DNA of 44,469 nucleotides from Porphyromonas sp. (GCA_034091595.1 JAXFXP010000154.1:1-44469), one strand, 5' to 3'. Shown: positions 19,926 through 30,291, numbered from the stretch's first letter. The notes: a model not told the origin generated them from the letters alone. A program made the numbers and translations.

Positions 19926-20629
19926 CGCTTTAGGAAAAGTCTAGGGATATAACGAAGCTCTTGGCAGAGAGCCTTCCAGCTCATTGAGCTCATCACGATC
20001 TCAGGGCGGACATGACAGGAGGTCTGGCGTAGGTCCATCTGTGCCCGTGTCGCTAGGACGATAAACTCGGTGTCGAAGAGGAAGCGGTCTATGCTTGTCT
20101 GTAGAAACACTGCACGCCCACGCCGGTCAAACGCTTTGATGCCTCCCTGTGTATCCTTGCTGGGTAGCCCTAATAGGAGGCAATTGATAAGGTGAGACCC
20201 TAAAGAGAAGAAACGCCGTTGGAGGCTGAGATGCCGTCGGTACTCCAGCGCCTTTCGCACGGGCAGGACGACTGCCGCCCCATCTTTTAGCGAGTCAAGA
20301 GCTGAGAGATAGCTCTCGGTTGTGAAGGGGAAATCCCAGTCTGTGTAGAGGATATAGTCAGCACTACTGGCAGCTACGGCCTGGCGTAGAGCATAGCCCT
20401 TACCCCTGTTGTCTGGGTAGTGTATATGGGTAAAACGTCCCTGCATCCCCTCTGCGAAGGTAGAGAGGACCTCTGGCTCATGTCCATAGGGCGAGCCATC
20501 GCTAACGACTATAAGACGCATCTCCCACTCGGGGCGGGCCTCTTGTAGCTCATGCAAGCGTCTAAGTGCATACTTATGCCATCCTATGCAGGGCTTGTAG
20601 GCTGGGAGTATCAGGTCTAGTAGAGGCAT
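19913..20629 (-). CDS. GT2 glycosyltransferase, polyprenyl-phosphate sugar synthase-like
   Basis: ILPAY, VVSDGS, NRGKGYA, YTDWD (DxD), DTQGGIKAF and FLFDTE motifs. Confidence 0.88.
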   Translation of the reverse strand: MPLLDLILPAYKPCIGWHKYALRRLHELQEARPEWEMRLIVVSDGSPYGHEPEVLSTFAEGMQGRFTHIHYPDNRGKGYALRQAVAASSADYILYTDWDFPFTTESYLSALDSLKDGAAVVLPVRKALEYRRHLSLQRRFFSLGSHLINCLLLGLPSKDTQGGIKAFDRRGRAVFLQTSIDRFLFDTEFIVLATRAQMDLRQTSCHVRPEIVMSSMSWKALCQELRYIPRLFLKRWFY

Positions 20630-21764
20630 AATCTGAGAATAAGAGTTCGATGCTAAGGCGTAGCCAAATGAGTGTAGGGAATAGGGCTTTGAGGGCGTAG
20701 GGGATCACCCATTGCTCACGTAACGCACGGGGGAATATGTCCGTAGGCGAGAGAGAGCTTAGGATAAAGGCTCCGATGAGCAAGCCCAGGTCTAGGCGTG
20801 TACGCTCTTGACGAAGCATATACCATATAGCCATACCAGGGAAGGCTATTACATATGAGCTCGACTCGCTACCCGTACTAAAAAGTACAACAAATAGGAG
20901 CGTGGAGGATAGTATACCGAGTCGGAACCCAAGGTGGCGATACTGCCCTAAGCGGAGGTAGGCGAGTCCGTAGACCACGAGTCCTAGGGCTATGGGGATG
21001 ATGTCGCTATAGGCAGTAGAGCCACTCCACTTACGGAGGATGCCCAGGAGCGATATGTTCTGCATCGTAGCGAAGTGATTGTTCCCATTTTTGCTAGCTA
21101 GTGTCGTGAACCACTCAAGGTACTGTCCTGAGACGTAGTTGGCATCCGCACAGACGTACGGCAGTGCTAGCAGCAAGCCCGTCCACATAGCCAGAGTCCA
21201 GACGAAGCGCCACTTGTGCTGTGCAAAAGGGAAGAAGGCCAGGCCTACGATGCCATAGAGCTTGGTCGTAAGGCCTATAGCTATGCAGAGTGTAGCCCAA
21301 TGCTCTCGACCGCGCTCGTTGAAAGCGAAGGCTAAGAGCAGGAGGGCAGCGATGCCTACATTCCACTGCTGCATCATCAGCCCTGTAACCATCTCATTGA
21401 GCGTGAAAGCTCCGACGAGAGCTCGTCGCTCTAGGCTCAGGGGGAGGCTAGCGATAGCCCATAGTAGTAGCGTGGCCAGCAGCATCTGCCACACCAGATA
21501 GCCCACTGTCGCAGGTAGTAGGGCTATGGGGGCTATGAGGACTGCGAACGTAGGCCCATAGAGATAGAGGTCGTTGTACTCTTGGGGGTATGCCTGGTAG
21601 AGAGATAGTCCGCTCTCTAGATGTCCCCAGCTACTGCTGAAGATGGTGTAGTTGTTGTGCCGGTGGGCTTTGATTTTGGCAAGTGAGGCTAAAAAAGCCA
21701 CCACCGCCCAAATGTAGGGTAGGTGGTGGCGGTACTTGTTGATGAATTGACGAAGGTTGATCAT
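20574..21764 (-). CDS. GT87/DUF2029 membrane (GT-C) glycosyltransferase
   Basis: Multi-TM protein with NNYTIF, LY..YP..Y.D.YLYGPTFA, KLYGIVGLAFF and LFSTGSESSSY motifs recalled from Bacteroidales GT87 proteins. Confidence 0.8.
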   Translation of the reverse strand: MINLRQFINKYRHHLPYIWAVVAFLASLAKIKAHRHNNYTIFSSSWGHLESGLSLYQAYPQEYNDLYLYGPTFAVLIAPIALLPATVGYLVWQMLLATLLLWAIASLPLSLERRALVGAFTLNEMVTGLMMQQWNVGIAALLLLAFAFNERGREHWATLCIAIGLTTKLYGIVGLAFFPFAQHKWRFVWTLAMWTGLLLALPYVCADANYVSGQYLEWFTTLASKNGNNHFATMQNISLLGILRKWSGSTAYSDIIPIALGLVVYGLAYLRLGQYRHLGFRLGILSSTLLFVVLFSTGSESSSYVIAFPGMAIWYMLRQERTRLDLGLLIGAFILSSLSPTDIFPRALREQWVIPYALKALFPTLIWLRLSIELLFSDYASTRPDTPSLQALHRMA

Positions 21765-21774
21765 TGTGGTATCT

Positions 21775-22413
21775 CTAGCGCAGGTCTACGACTTCACTCT
21801 TGGGAAAATCTTTGCTTGAGAGGTTAAAGATGGACTTAGCAAATGGCCTAGGGACATTGCGGAAGCTCCCTATGGCTATCTGCACTCGGCTGTTGTCTTT
21901 GCTCAGCACGACGATACTCGTCGGGAGACCTGTCGTGTTGTTATAGGCGATGGTTACGAGTTTGATATTGCTCTTGCCCTGTGGGGTATAGGCGAGCGTC
22001 TGTACCGTGCCGGCAGCCCCGAGGTCTCGTACGCTGAAGCCTTTGCCTCGTGCACGTAGGAAGTGAAAGGGATTGACCTGTAGCAACTCTTCGCTCGTAG
22101 GATTGCTAATGGTGAGCGTCTCCTCAAGGTCATCGTGGTGCGTCAGCGTCTTACCGGAGAAGACTGCGATAATATCACCGTACTCTAGGCGGAAGTTCTC
22201 GCCCTGTAGGAATATCTTACCGTTGTAGCGACCTTGCTCTTTGCCTTTGGCATCGAGTAGAGTAGAGGTAAAGCTAGCTTCGGCATCACCTTTGCCGTAG
22301 ATCTGCTGCTCAGCGCGTGCCATCACCTCCTGCGGACTACGCTTAGTCTGTGCACTAGCGAGTCCTAGACTTGCTAGTAGGGCTATGCCCATTAGTATCT
22401 TCTTCATATTCAT
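21775..22413 (-). CDS. lolA: LolA-like outer-membrane lipoprotein chaperone
   Basis: Signal peptide, predicted beta-rich body, C-terminal EVVDLR; lies directly after ftsK, the usual synteny. Confidence 0.8.
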   Translation of the reverse strand: MNMKKILMGIALLASLGLASAQTKRSPQEVMARAEQQIYGKGDAEASFTSTLLDAKGKEQGRYNGKIFLQGENFRLEYGDIIAVFSGKTLTHHDDLEETLTISNPTSEELLQVNPFHFLRARGKGFSVRDLGAAGTVQTLAYTPQGKSNIKLVTIAYNNTTGLPTSIVVLSKDNSRVQIAIGSFRNVPRPFAKSIFNLSSKDFPKSEVVDLR

Positions 22414-22510
22414 TCGTCGTTTGTCATCGGGGCTTAGGTTTATCGCCCTACTATAGTAACGTATTCGCTATGCTTTTTATGTTGGACACTAGAGGCCTGA
22501 GACCTGTAGA

Positions 22511-25081
22511 TTAGCTGTTGCGTAAGCGCTCTAATAGCTCCTCTAGTGCCATAAGGTCGGTGATAAGTACATCTCTGTTCTTATTGCCTTTCTGTGGCCC
22601 CACGATGCCTGCGGCCTCTAGCTGATCGGTGATACGGCCGGCACGGTTGTATCCGATCTGCATTTTGCGCTGTAGGGTACTAGTAGAGCCCATCTGGGTG
22701 GATACTGCTATGCGTGCTGCCTCTTCAAAGAGTGAGTCTCTGCGGCTAAGGTCGATGTTCTTGCCCTCGCTGTCAGCGCCCTCCTCTATGTATTCGGGTA
22801 GGAGGTAGGGATGTCCTTCGCTCTCTTGCTCGGCGACGTGCGTTACGATGTCCTCGGTCTCGTTGGTGTCCATGAAGGCACACTGTACGCGTACCATCTC
22901 CTTCCCTTGGTAAAAGAGCATATCTCCACGCCCTACTAGCTGATTGGCACCTGTAGAGTCTAGGATTGTACGAGAGTCTACACTAGAGAATACCTTGAAG
23001 GCAATACGGGCTGGGAAGTTGGCCTTAATGGTACCCGTAATGACATCTGTAGAGGGGCGCTGTGTGGCGATTACCATATGTATACCTGCTGCACGTGCTT
23101 TCTGCGCTAGACGGGCTATTGGCATCTCCACCTCCTTGCCTCGGGTCATAATAAGGTCTGCAAACTCATCCACGATGAGGACTATGTAGGGCAGGAAGTC
23201 GAAGCCATGCAGGCGTGATAGTTTACCCGAGCGTATCTGCTCGTTGTAGTCTTTGATGTTGCGGACGCGTGCTTTGGTGAGCAGCTCGTAGCGCTTGTCC
23301 ATCTCTACGCAGAGCGAGTTGAGCGTAGGGACTACGAGGCTCATATCGGTAATAATGGCCTTATCCATATCAGGGAGCATCGCCATGAAGTGGTTTTGGA
23401 TGTCTTCGTAGAGTGAGAACTCCAGCATCTTGGGGTCCACCATGACAAACTTTAGCTCCTCGGGGCGCTTGGTATAGAGTAGCGAGGTGATGAGTGCGTT
23501 CAGGCCGACGCTCTTGCCTTGCCCCGTAGCACCAGCTATTAGCAGGTGTGGCATCTTGGCGAGGTCGAAGATGAAGGGCTCGTTGGTGATAGTTTTACCA
23601 ATGCCTATAGGGAGCTCCATACGCTCTTGCTCCTCCTTGTAGCGTTGCGAGGCCATAATGCTGCGCATAGACACAATCTGGGGCTTGCGGTTGGGGACCT
23701 CTATCCCTACAGTGCCCTGCCCAGGCATGGGGGCTATGATGCGGATGCCTTCGCTCTTTAGATTGAGGGCTAGGTCGTCGGCCAGGCTGCTGATACGTGC
23801 TACCTTGACTCCCTCAGCGGGGGTAACCTCGTAGAGTGTAACGGTCGGACCGACAGTCGCTTGCTTGGCGGATACTTGTACCTTGAAGTTGGCAAGTGTT
23901 GTCAGGATTTTCTGCTTCGTCTGCTCGACCTCCTCTCTGTTGGCTACTATGTTGCTCGGTCCGTGGTCTTGTAGGAGGTCGAAGCTAGGCTTACGGTAGT
24001 GTGCTAGCTTGAGCCCCGGAGGCATAGAGGGCTGTGGCTCTTCTTCCTCAGCGACGAGCTCATCCTCTTGTGCGACCTCTACGACGAAGCTATCCTCCTG
24101 CCCCCCATCGGGGCGCTCTGCTGGCTGTATGCTAGTGGGCTGTGGCGTGGCGTGCTGAGGCTGGGTAGGGTTGGGCTTATGCTCTGAGGCCGGTACTTCG
24201 TCTTCGTCTTCATCGTCCCATATCTCAGTATCAGCCTCAGTATCGTCCTCCTCTGTGTCGTCCTCTTCGTGGAGCTCTTCTGGCTCGTCTTCGTCCGCCT
24301 CATCTCCACTTGCCTCCTTCGGCTTGCGTCGGAACAGAGCCTTTAGCCTCTGCCAAATAGTGATACTGCCAAGGCTTTCGGAGCTGAGCTTAGGGGGCTG
24401 ATTTATGGCCAAGAGCACTCGGTCGCTGCATACCACTAGTATAATGAGTAGCCCGATAACAATCGCTAGAGCCACACCGAGCCAACCGATGTGCTTGAGT
24501 AGGTAGCTGAGGTATAGTACCCCGAGCTCCCCGCCCCAGAGTAGGACGCTATCAGTGGCACCGAAGAGCTGCTGCAGAGCTGCTAGAGTGAGGGCTAGCC
24601 ACAGCGTCCAGGCCAAGAGCTGAGTGAGGCGCCCGAGGACACGTGTCCACTGATTGCGCTGTAGCCATAGGAGGCCTATACCGAGTATGGCTAGGAAGGC
24701 TGAGATAGCGAAGCTGCCCCAGCCAAAGTATCCGTTGAATAGATGGTAGCCGATCTCCGAGCCAAGTGAGCCGATGAGACTATACTCACCGTTATCCACC
24801 CCCGAGCCGTGTATCTGGCTGTATATAGCCTTGGCGTTGAGGACGTATATCAAGAGCGTCCCGAGGGTGAATAGGAAGGCTGCCCAAGCCATAAGCCCTC
24901 CGATGGTACGTGCAAAGTCGGCAAACGAAGCCTCGGCCCCCTGACTAGCGCCTAGGGACTTTGCCAGCCGGATGTACCAGCTATCGGGTTTCTTGCGTAC
25001 TTTGCTCGTTCTCTTTTTCTTGGTCTTGCCCCTCTTGGCTTGTGCGTCCGCTTGGGGCCTTGTGCTCGTGCTACTCGGCAT
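22511..25081 (-). CDS. ftsK: DNA translocase FtsK
   Basis: N-terminal TM domain, acidic linker, PHLLIAGATGQGKS Walker A, IVDEFADL, ATQRPS and gamma domain IGYNRAGR. Confidence 0.97.
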   Translation of the reverse strand: MPSSTSTRPQADAQAKRGKTKKKRTSKVRKKPDSWYIRLAKSLGASQGAEASFADFARTIGGLMAWAAFLFTLGTLLIYVLNAKAIYSQIHGSGVDNGEYSLIGSLGSEIGYHLFNGYFGWGSFAISAFLAILGIGLLWLQRNQWTRVLGRLTQLLAWTLWLALTLAALQQLFGATDSVLLWGGELGVLYLSYLLKHIGWLGVALAIVIGLLIILVVCSDRVLLAINQPPKLSSESLGSITIWQRLKALFRRKPKEASGDEADEDEPEELHEEDDTEEDDTEADTEIWDDEDEDEVPASEHKPNPTQPQHATPQPTSIQPAERPDGGQEDSFVVEVAQEDELVAEEEEPQPSMPPGLKLAHYRKPSFDLLQDHGPSNIVANREEVEQTKQKILTTLANFKVQVSAKQATVGPTVTLYEVTPAEGVKVARISSLADDLALNLKSEGIRIIAPMPGQGTVGIEVPNRKPQIVSMRSIMASQRYKEEQERMELPIGIGKTITNEPFIFDLAKMPHLLIAGATGQGKSVGLNALITSLLYTKRPEELKFVMVDPKMLEFSLYEDIQNHFMAMLPDMDKAIITDMSLVVPTLNSLCVEMDKRYELLTKARVRNIKDYNEQIRSGKLSRLHGFDFLPYIVLIVDEFADLIMTRGKEVEMPIARLAQKARAAGIHMVIATQRPSTDVITGTIKANFPARIAFKVFSSVDSRTILDSTGANQLVGRGDMLFYQGKEMVRVQCAFMDTNETEDIVTHVAEQESEGHPYLLPEYIEEGADSEGKNIDLSRRDSLFEEAARIAVSTQMGSTSTLQRKMQIGYNRAGRITDQLEAAGIVGPQKGNKNRDVLITDLMALEELLERLRNS

Positions 25082-25108
25082 GTAATCTTATTGATAACTA
25101 ATTTAAGA

Positions 25109-25116
25109 CAAAGGTA
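25109..25116 (-). promoter_or_regulatory. -7 element (TACCTTTG) for the ftsK operon
   Basis: CAAAGGTA on the plus strand, 27 nt upstream of the ftsK ATG. Confidence 0.7.
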
Positions 25117-25603
25117 CACTTTTTTAACACGTTATTCAAGCCCCGAATAGAGGGCCCGAAAGCACCCGCTCGACAGGCTTTGGCACGGCTTGCTAGGGGT
25201 CTCCTGGGGGCTAAGCCTTTGGCGCTCGTCTCGGGTCTTATGCAACCTTCCCTTTAGTAGTTTGCGCACGCTCGTTCAGCAGTAGGTGTACACTTGTTCA
25301 CTAGCTGCTGTACGCTAGGTGCCCATGGCGGGGGATTGCAGAAAGTCAAGTCTAGCCTGCTGCGCCCCACTAATAGAGAGCACCGGCACGGCATCCGAAA
25401 TGACAAGTCGAGGCTTGTTGTTTTACTAGACTTTGGAGAATTCGGCGATTGCAAATCGTTAAGAATGAGGGTGAAGTGGGGCTTTAGTCAATGACCAAGC
25501 CCGAATGCCATAAATAACGAAGCGAGTGCTGTATTATGTTATAGTCGCAATATAGTCTTCGATAAGTTGTCCTATAGCACTTGTGGAATATCTAGAATGT
25601 ATA

Positions 25604-25611
25604 TATATTTG
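25604..25611 (+). promoter_or_regulatory. -7 element (TATATTTG)
   Basis: TAnnTTTG match in AT-rich DNA about 165 nt upstream of ATG 25778. Confidence 0.5.
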
Positions 25612-25777
25612 TAGCATATTCTAACCCCTAATAGTAAATGTGTCCATGAGAAGGCTGTTTGAAATGTATTAGACCTGTAGCTAGGTTCGTATTTTATCAG
25701 AATTAAAGCGCCTCGGATGTTCGAGGTATTCCATGTGAAAAGCAGTAGTAATAATCTCTTATTATATCACAGGTATT

Positions 25778-27472
25778 ATGAAACGAATACGTTATTGTCT
25801 CCTAGTCATCCTGTCGCTATTACTGATGGCGTGTAGTAGGGAATCAGAGGTGTTCAATACATCGGTTTCTCCCGAAGTAAATGGGGAGGTTGTATCAGGC
25901 CCCAAGAAGTATTTAAGCTTTGCAAGTCGTAAAGACTTCAATCTTTATATTGAACAACTCAAACAGGGTGGCGATGCTTTGCGCAGTGCTCATGCCTATG
26001 CTCGTTATATACCAAAGGGTTTTAAGTCCATTGCGAGTCTAAGGCAAGAACAGTTGCGTTCCATGCCAACTGAGTCCCTTGTCGAGATAGCTGAGACTCT
26101 CCCATTTGATGATATCTCAGAGGCACAAGTCGATACAGAGATGACATCGGAAGAGTTCGCTCTTTTTCGTGCAGAAGAGCTCATTCTCGATCCTACTCTA
26201 AGGTTCGCTCTCGATACTACGCTCAGAGTCGAGATTGCCGATTCTCTTTATGCTGTTACCGAGGTTGGTACTTTTGTCGCCCCCTTGCTTCAAGAAGAAG
26301 AACTTAATCGGGCGATTGAAGACTTTCGTATCATTGGCAAGACATCGGGCGTACTAACTCCAGTCGTTCCAGTTGCTGTATCAGAAGCACGAGTAGACAC
26401 TTCGAAAGATGGAGAAGTCGACTCTTATGAAACAGAGCGGCGAATATCAGAACTCACAATCTCATTAGCTAAACTACAGCCAGGTCAGGTTATGCCTGTT
26501 GGTGATAATGTTTACTATATAGACTCTTATGGTGTTGTTCGGAATGCGTCTCAGAGATCTCCTTCTGTTGTCAATCATCAGTCTCTGATTTCTGCTCCGA
26601 TAGAACCAGAGATTCCTGCATTCCACAAGAACTACAATGTTGATACCTATCCTTGGAAGGAAAAAACAATTGTTGGAAAGCTTCTTGGTAGTGTGTTCGG
26701 GCATAATATAAGTCGAGAGAACTATTTTGATGAGAAGCATCGAGTGCAACTTGTTGTCTATGACGTCGATTTAGGGTTTCTAACGACAACGGGTATTAAG
26801 GCCAGATTACAGTATCGTAAACGATTCTTGGGGCTTAAGTTTTGGAAAGAAGCTATAGCAGAGAAAATGGTGGTTGGGTTTAATCAGTTTCACGCTGAGA
26901 TAACAGATGAGATAATTGGCCAGAGTCTACAAAACCCAGTAGCAGTCAATACCCTCAAAGGGTTTCAAGCAACAGTTAGTGGTCAGGTTTCAACCTTTGC
27001 GACTCGTGTGTATAAGAACATCGATTTTATAGATGATTGGGCACATGAGATAGCTGCAATTGTTCCTTCGGTCGAAATCGGGAGATTTGAGATAAATCCA
27101 ACAAAAGCGTACGAGTTCTTGTATAATGCACCACGGAAAGAAATAATATCTCTTCTAAATAAGAATGTCCGTCATATGGTATTTGCTCCATTCCAGAAGA
27201 AAGCTCTTGAAGAAACTCCAAGAATGGGTTTCTTTCCTGATACTAAAGGGAAGAGTCAAGTTTATGCTGTTGGAGTGTCCGAATATGAAAATGTAAAGGG
27301 TAAATCTATTAATCTGAATCTGGCGGCTGGGTTGAGTTTTTCTTATGGAGGAGGGAAAGTCTCTATTTCGCCCTTTAAGCCTCGAGAAGTGACTTTGAAG
27401 TCGTTTGATATGTTTGTTTCAGTAAAAAGGGATGGAGTATGGAAAGGCGTACGATTTATACACAACATCTAG
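25778..27472 (+). CDS. Uncharacterised lipoprotein, DUF4848-like
   Basis: Lipobox LMA-C. The YLSFAS..DF, GFKS, DPTLRFALD..LRVEIADSLY and QYRKRFLG..FW segments resemble DUF4848-type Bacteroidales lipoproteins. The family assignment is from memory. Confidence 0.7.
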   Translation: MKRIRYCLLVILSLLLMACSRESEVFNTSVSPEVNGEVVSGPKKYLSFASRKDFNLYIEQLKQGGDALRSAHAYARYIPKGFKSIASLRQEQLRSMPTESLVEIAETLPFDDISEAQVDTEMTSEEFALFRAEELILDPTLRFALDTTLRVEIADSLYAVTEVGTFVAPLLQEEELNRAIEDFRIIGKTSGVLTPVVPVAVSEARVDTSKDGEVDSYETERRISELTISLAKLQPGQVMPVGDNVYYIDSYGVVRNASQRSPSVVNHQSLISAPIEPEIPAFHKNYNVDTYPWKEKTIVGKLLGSVFGHNISRENYFDEKHRVQLVVYDVDLGFLTTTGIKARLQYRKRFLGLKFWKEAIAEKMVVGFNQFHAEITDEIIGQSLQNPVAVNTLKGFQATVSGQVSTFATRVYKNIDFIDDWAHEIAAIVPSVEIGRFEINPTKAYEFLYNAPRKEIISLLNKNVRHMVFAPFQKKALEETPRMGFFPDTKGKSQVYAVGVSEYENVKGKSINLNLAAGLSFSYGGGKVSISPFKPREVTLKSFDMFVSVKRDGVWKGVRFIHNI

Positions 27473-28062
27473 CAATACAATGTGCTTTGTGCCTGCTACT
27501 GCTACTATTTGGCTCTACAAGTCTAGATGCACAAGCTACGAAGAGGCGAGGCCTGTGGGGCGAGGCGGGCTTCAATATCGGAGCGACACTATCCGATAAG
27601 TCCCAACTTTCTCTACCCAACGATATGGGCTTTGGGGGGAACTTCTATATTACGGCTTTAGGGGTACATCTTCCTAGCCTTGATGGTCTTCAGGTTGGTC
27701 TAGGTCTCTACCGAGCGGGATATGGCAACCCCAATGAGCTCCGGCATAATGGCTTGCACCTAGATCTCCGCTATGCACCCATAAAAACGCTTAAGCGCTT
27801 GCAACTCTCGACTATGGTAGGCTTGCCAATATCTGATGTAGACATGGTAATATCGGGCTATACGAAGTATCATACTAAGTTCTATGGGACCTTAGCCCTA
27901 GGCTGGGAGCTTCCCAAATTGCTCGGTAAGCTGGGATTAAGTCCGGCTGTAGGCGTGTCGTACACCAGTTTTGACTATACTTATAGCGCGGTTGGCGTAT
28001 CGCGTCAGGGGGCTAGTTCTCAGGGGACGGTCTTCTTTCGCCTAGGCATCCGGCTCAACTAA
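27439..28062 (+). CDS. Putative small outer-membrane beta-barrel protein
   Basis: Signal peptide ending LDA-Q, alternating hydrophobic/aromatic strands and an amphipathic last strand VFFRLGIRLN; overlaps the upstream gene by 34 nt. Confidence 0.7.
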   Translation: MERRTIYTQHLAIQCALCLLLLLFGSTSLDAQATKRRGLWGEAGFNIGATLSDKSQLSLPNDMGFGGNFYITALGVHLPSLDGLQVGLGLYRAGYGNPNELRHNGLHLDLRYAPIKTLKRLQLSTMVGLPISDVDMVISGYTKYHTKFYGTLALGWELPKLLGKLGLSPAVGVSYTSFDYTYSAVGVSRQGASSQGTVFFRLGIRLN

Positions 28063-28081
28063 GAGTCTAGCCTTACGCAAT

Positions 28082-28130
28082 AAAAGTCCTCACACCAAGG
28101 CTGTCTAGCCTATCTGGTGTGGGGACTTTT
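28082..28130 (+). terminator. Intrinsic terminator
   Basis: Stem AAAAGTCCTCACACCA/TGGTGTGGGGACTTTT with an inner AGGCT/AGCCT stem. Confidence 0.8.
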
Positions 28131-28299
28131 GTTGTAACGTAGGCACATGGCCTGCACGTTGTCCAGGGATAATAGTCCCAATATGCTGTGTGTCTGGCTC
28201 TCAGCGGTATTGGCGAGGGGCTAGCCACGTGCTAGAGGGCAGAGCTTATAATGCGGGCTTGTCTGAGGGTGCTACAACTTATTACCCGCCAAATTGTTG

Positions 28300-28307
28300 T
28301 ATCTTTG
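28300..28307 (+). promoter_or_regulatory. -7 element (TATCTTTG)
   Basis: TAnnTTTG match 45 nt upstream of ATG 28353. Confidence 0.7.
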
Positions 28308-28352
28308 TAATCCAAACTGCAAGGTAATAATTAGAATAACGTTAAATAGTAA

Positions 28353-28907
28353 ATGGCAAAATTCGTTGGGAATCTAATCCCCCACACTTACTTCGTTACC
28401 AAGGGTAGCGGTGAGTCTGATCTAGAGCTACATGCAGGTTCGTACCACATGGCTCTGTATGATGCTGGTATCTCGGACTTCAACATCATGGTTTACTCAT
28501 CGGTGATTCCTGCTACGGCGCACCTCGTATCCATGGACGAGATTGACCTGCCTCCCTTTGGTAGCGAGCTCAAGACTATTATGTCTGTATCGCATGGCCA
28601 ACAGGACGAGTTTGTGTCGGCTGGTATCGTCTATGCTTGGATGTATGAGGACGAGAACTTCGACAAGAAGGTCGGTGGCCTTGTTTGTGAGGTGAGCGGT
28701 CGCTATCGTATCGAGGAGCTAGAGAGCCGTCTGATACGTGTGATCAATGACCTGCATGCCAAGACCTACAGTCAGTACTATCTCGGTGAGCTGAACTTCA
28801 TCAGTGAGGGTATCACTATCGAGAAGCGTTATGGTACGGCGCTAGCAGCACTGTGCTTCGTAGACTTCCAGCAGCCTGAGAGCGACAAGCCCGCAGGTGG
28901 TATCTAA
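28353..28907 (+). CDS. pdaD: Pyruvoyl-dependent arginine decarboxylase
   Basis: [19 protein letters not shown]..vSSVIP (Ser-Ser autocleavage site) and GLVCE (catalytic Glu); 184 aa. Confidence 0.85.
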   Translation: MAKFVGNLIPHTYFVTKGSGESDLELHAGSYHMALYDAGISDFNIMVYSSVIPATAHLVSMDEIDLPPFGSELKTIMSVSHGQQDEFVSAGIVYAWMYEDENFDKKVGGLVCEVSGRYRIEELESRLIRVINDLHAKTYSQYYLGELNFISEGITIEKRYGTALAALCFVDFQQPESDKPAGGI

Positions 28908-28996
28908 GAGGTAGTATCCACTTACGACCCTCAGTCGTCTTATCTCATATAACCGACTGGGGGTCTTACTCTATGAACTTATATAACAATACGACA

Positions 28997-30253
28997 ATGA
29001 ATATCGAACAGTTTAATTTCGCTGGCAAGAAGGCTTTCGTGCGCGTTGACTTCAACGTGCCTCTTGATGGCGACTTCAACATCACGGACGACACGCGTAT
29101 CCGTGCCGCTCTGCCTACGCTCAAGAAGATCATTGCAGACGGTGGCTCTGTAATTATTGGTTCGCACCTAGGTCGTCCCAAGAAGGTAGAGGATAAGTTT
29201 TCGCTCCGCCACATCCTAGCGCATGTGTCTAAGTGCCTAGGTGTAGAGGTACAGTTTGCCAACGACTGCGTAGGTGCAGAGGCTGTAGAGAAGGCTGCTG
29301 CCCTCAAGGGTGGTGAGGCACTCCTACTGGAGAACCTCCGCTTCTATGCCGAGGAAGAGGGTAAGCCACGTGGCCTAGCAGAGGATGCTAGTGACGAAGA
29401 GAAGGCAGAGGCTAAGAAGGCTATTAAGGCTAGCCAGAAGGAGTTTACCAAGAAGCTCGCAGCTCTAGCTGATTGCTATGTAAACGATGCCTTCGGCACG
29501 GCACACCGTGCACATGCTTCGACAGCTCTTATTGCTGAGTACTTCGACAAGGATAACAAGATGTTTGGCTACCTCATGGGCAAGGAAGTAAACGCTGTAG
29601 AGAAGGTGATGGAAGACATCGCTCGTCCGTTTACAGCTATCATGGGTGGTTCTAAGGTATCTAGCAAGATTGATATCATCGAGAACCTACTCGGCAAGGT
29701 AGACAACCTTATCCTAACGGGTGCTATGACCTATACTTTCTTCAAGGCCGAGGGGGGCAACATTGGTAACTCACTCTGCGAAGATGATAAGCTAGACCTA
29801 GCCCGCGAAATCGTAGCTAAGGCTAAGGCCAACGGTGTAAACCTTGTCCTCAGCACGGATAGCAAGATTGCAGATGCATTTAGCAACGACGCCAATACGC
29901 AGTACGCCAGCAACGACAATATCCCTGCAGGCTGGATCGGTATGGACATCGGCCCAGATAGCATCAAGGCTTACTCAGAGGTTATCAAGTCGAGCAAGAC
30001 GATCCTCTGGAACGGTCCTACGGGCGTATTCGAGATGGATAACTTCGCAGATGGCTCACGCGCAGTAGCCGCTGCTATCGCTGAGGCTACTGCCGCAGGT
30101 GCATTCTCTCTCGTTGGTGGAGGTGATAGCGTAGCCTGTGTGAATAAGTTTGGTTATGCAGACAAGGTATCTTACGTTTCTACTGGTGGTGGTGCACTCC
30201 TAGAGGCCATCGAGGGTAAGAAGCTACCAGGTATCGCTGCTATCGAGGCCTAA
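28997..30253 (+). CDS. pgk: Phosphoglycerate kinase
   Basis: [34 protein letters not shown] and STGGGA motifs; start set at ATG 28997. Confidence 0.98.
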   Translation: MNIEQFNFAGKKAFVRVDFNVPLDGDFNITDDTRIRAALPTLKKIIADGGSVIIGSHLGRPKKVEDKFSLRHILAHVSKCLGVEVQFANDCVGAEAVEKAAALKGGEALLLENLRFYAEEEGKPRGLAEDASDEEKAEAKKAIKASQKEFTKKLAALADCYVNDAFGTAHRAHASTALIAEYFDKDNKMFGYLMGKEVNAVEKVMEDIARPFTAIMGGSKVSSKIDIIENLLGKVDNLILTGAMTYTFFKAEGGNIGNSLCEDDKLDLAREIVAKAKANGVNLVLSTDSKIADAFSNDANTQYASNDNIPAGWIGMDIGPDSIKAYSEVIKSSKTILWNGPTGVFEMDNFADGSRAVAAAIAEATAAGAFSLVGGGDSVACVNKFGYADKVSYVSTGGGALLEAIEGKKLPGIAAIEA

Positions 30254-30291
30254 ACAGTCGAGCGGGTCTACACAATCCCGCTATAGTATAA

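Noticed and set aside
25444-25460. GGCGATTGCAAATCGTT resembling a tRNA-Cys anticodon arm
   Set aside because: No T-arm (TTCRA), D-arm or acceptor stem surrounds it.
25254-25494. Two overlapping 66-aa ORFs on opposite strands
   Set aside because: No motifs or supporting initiation context; likely chance ORFs.
25517-25544. TTATGTTA as the XerD arm of a dif site near ftsK
   Set aside because: No XerC-like arm at the required 6-bp spacing.
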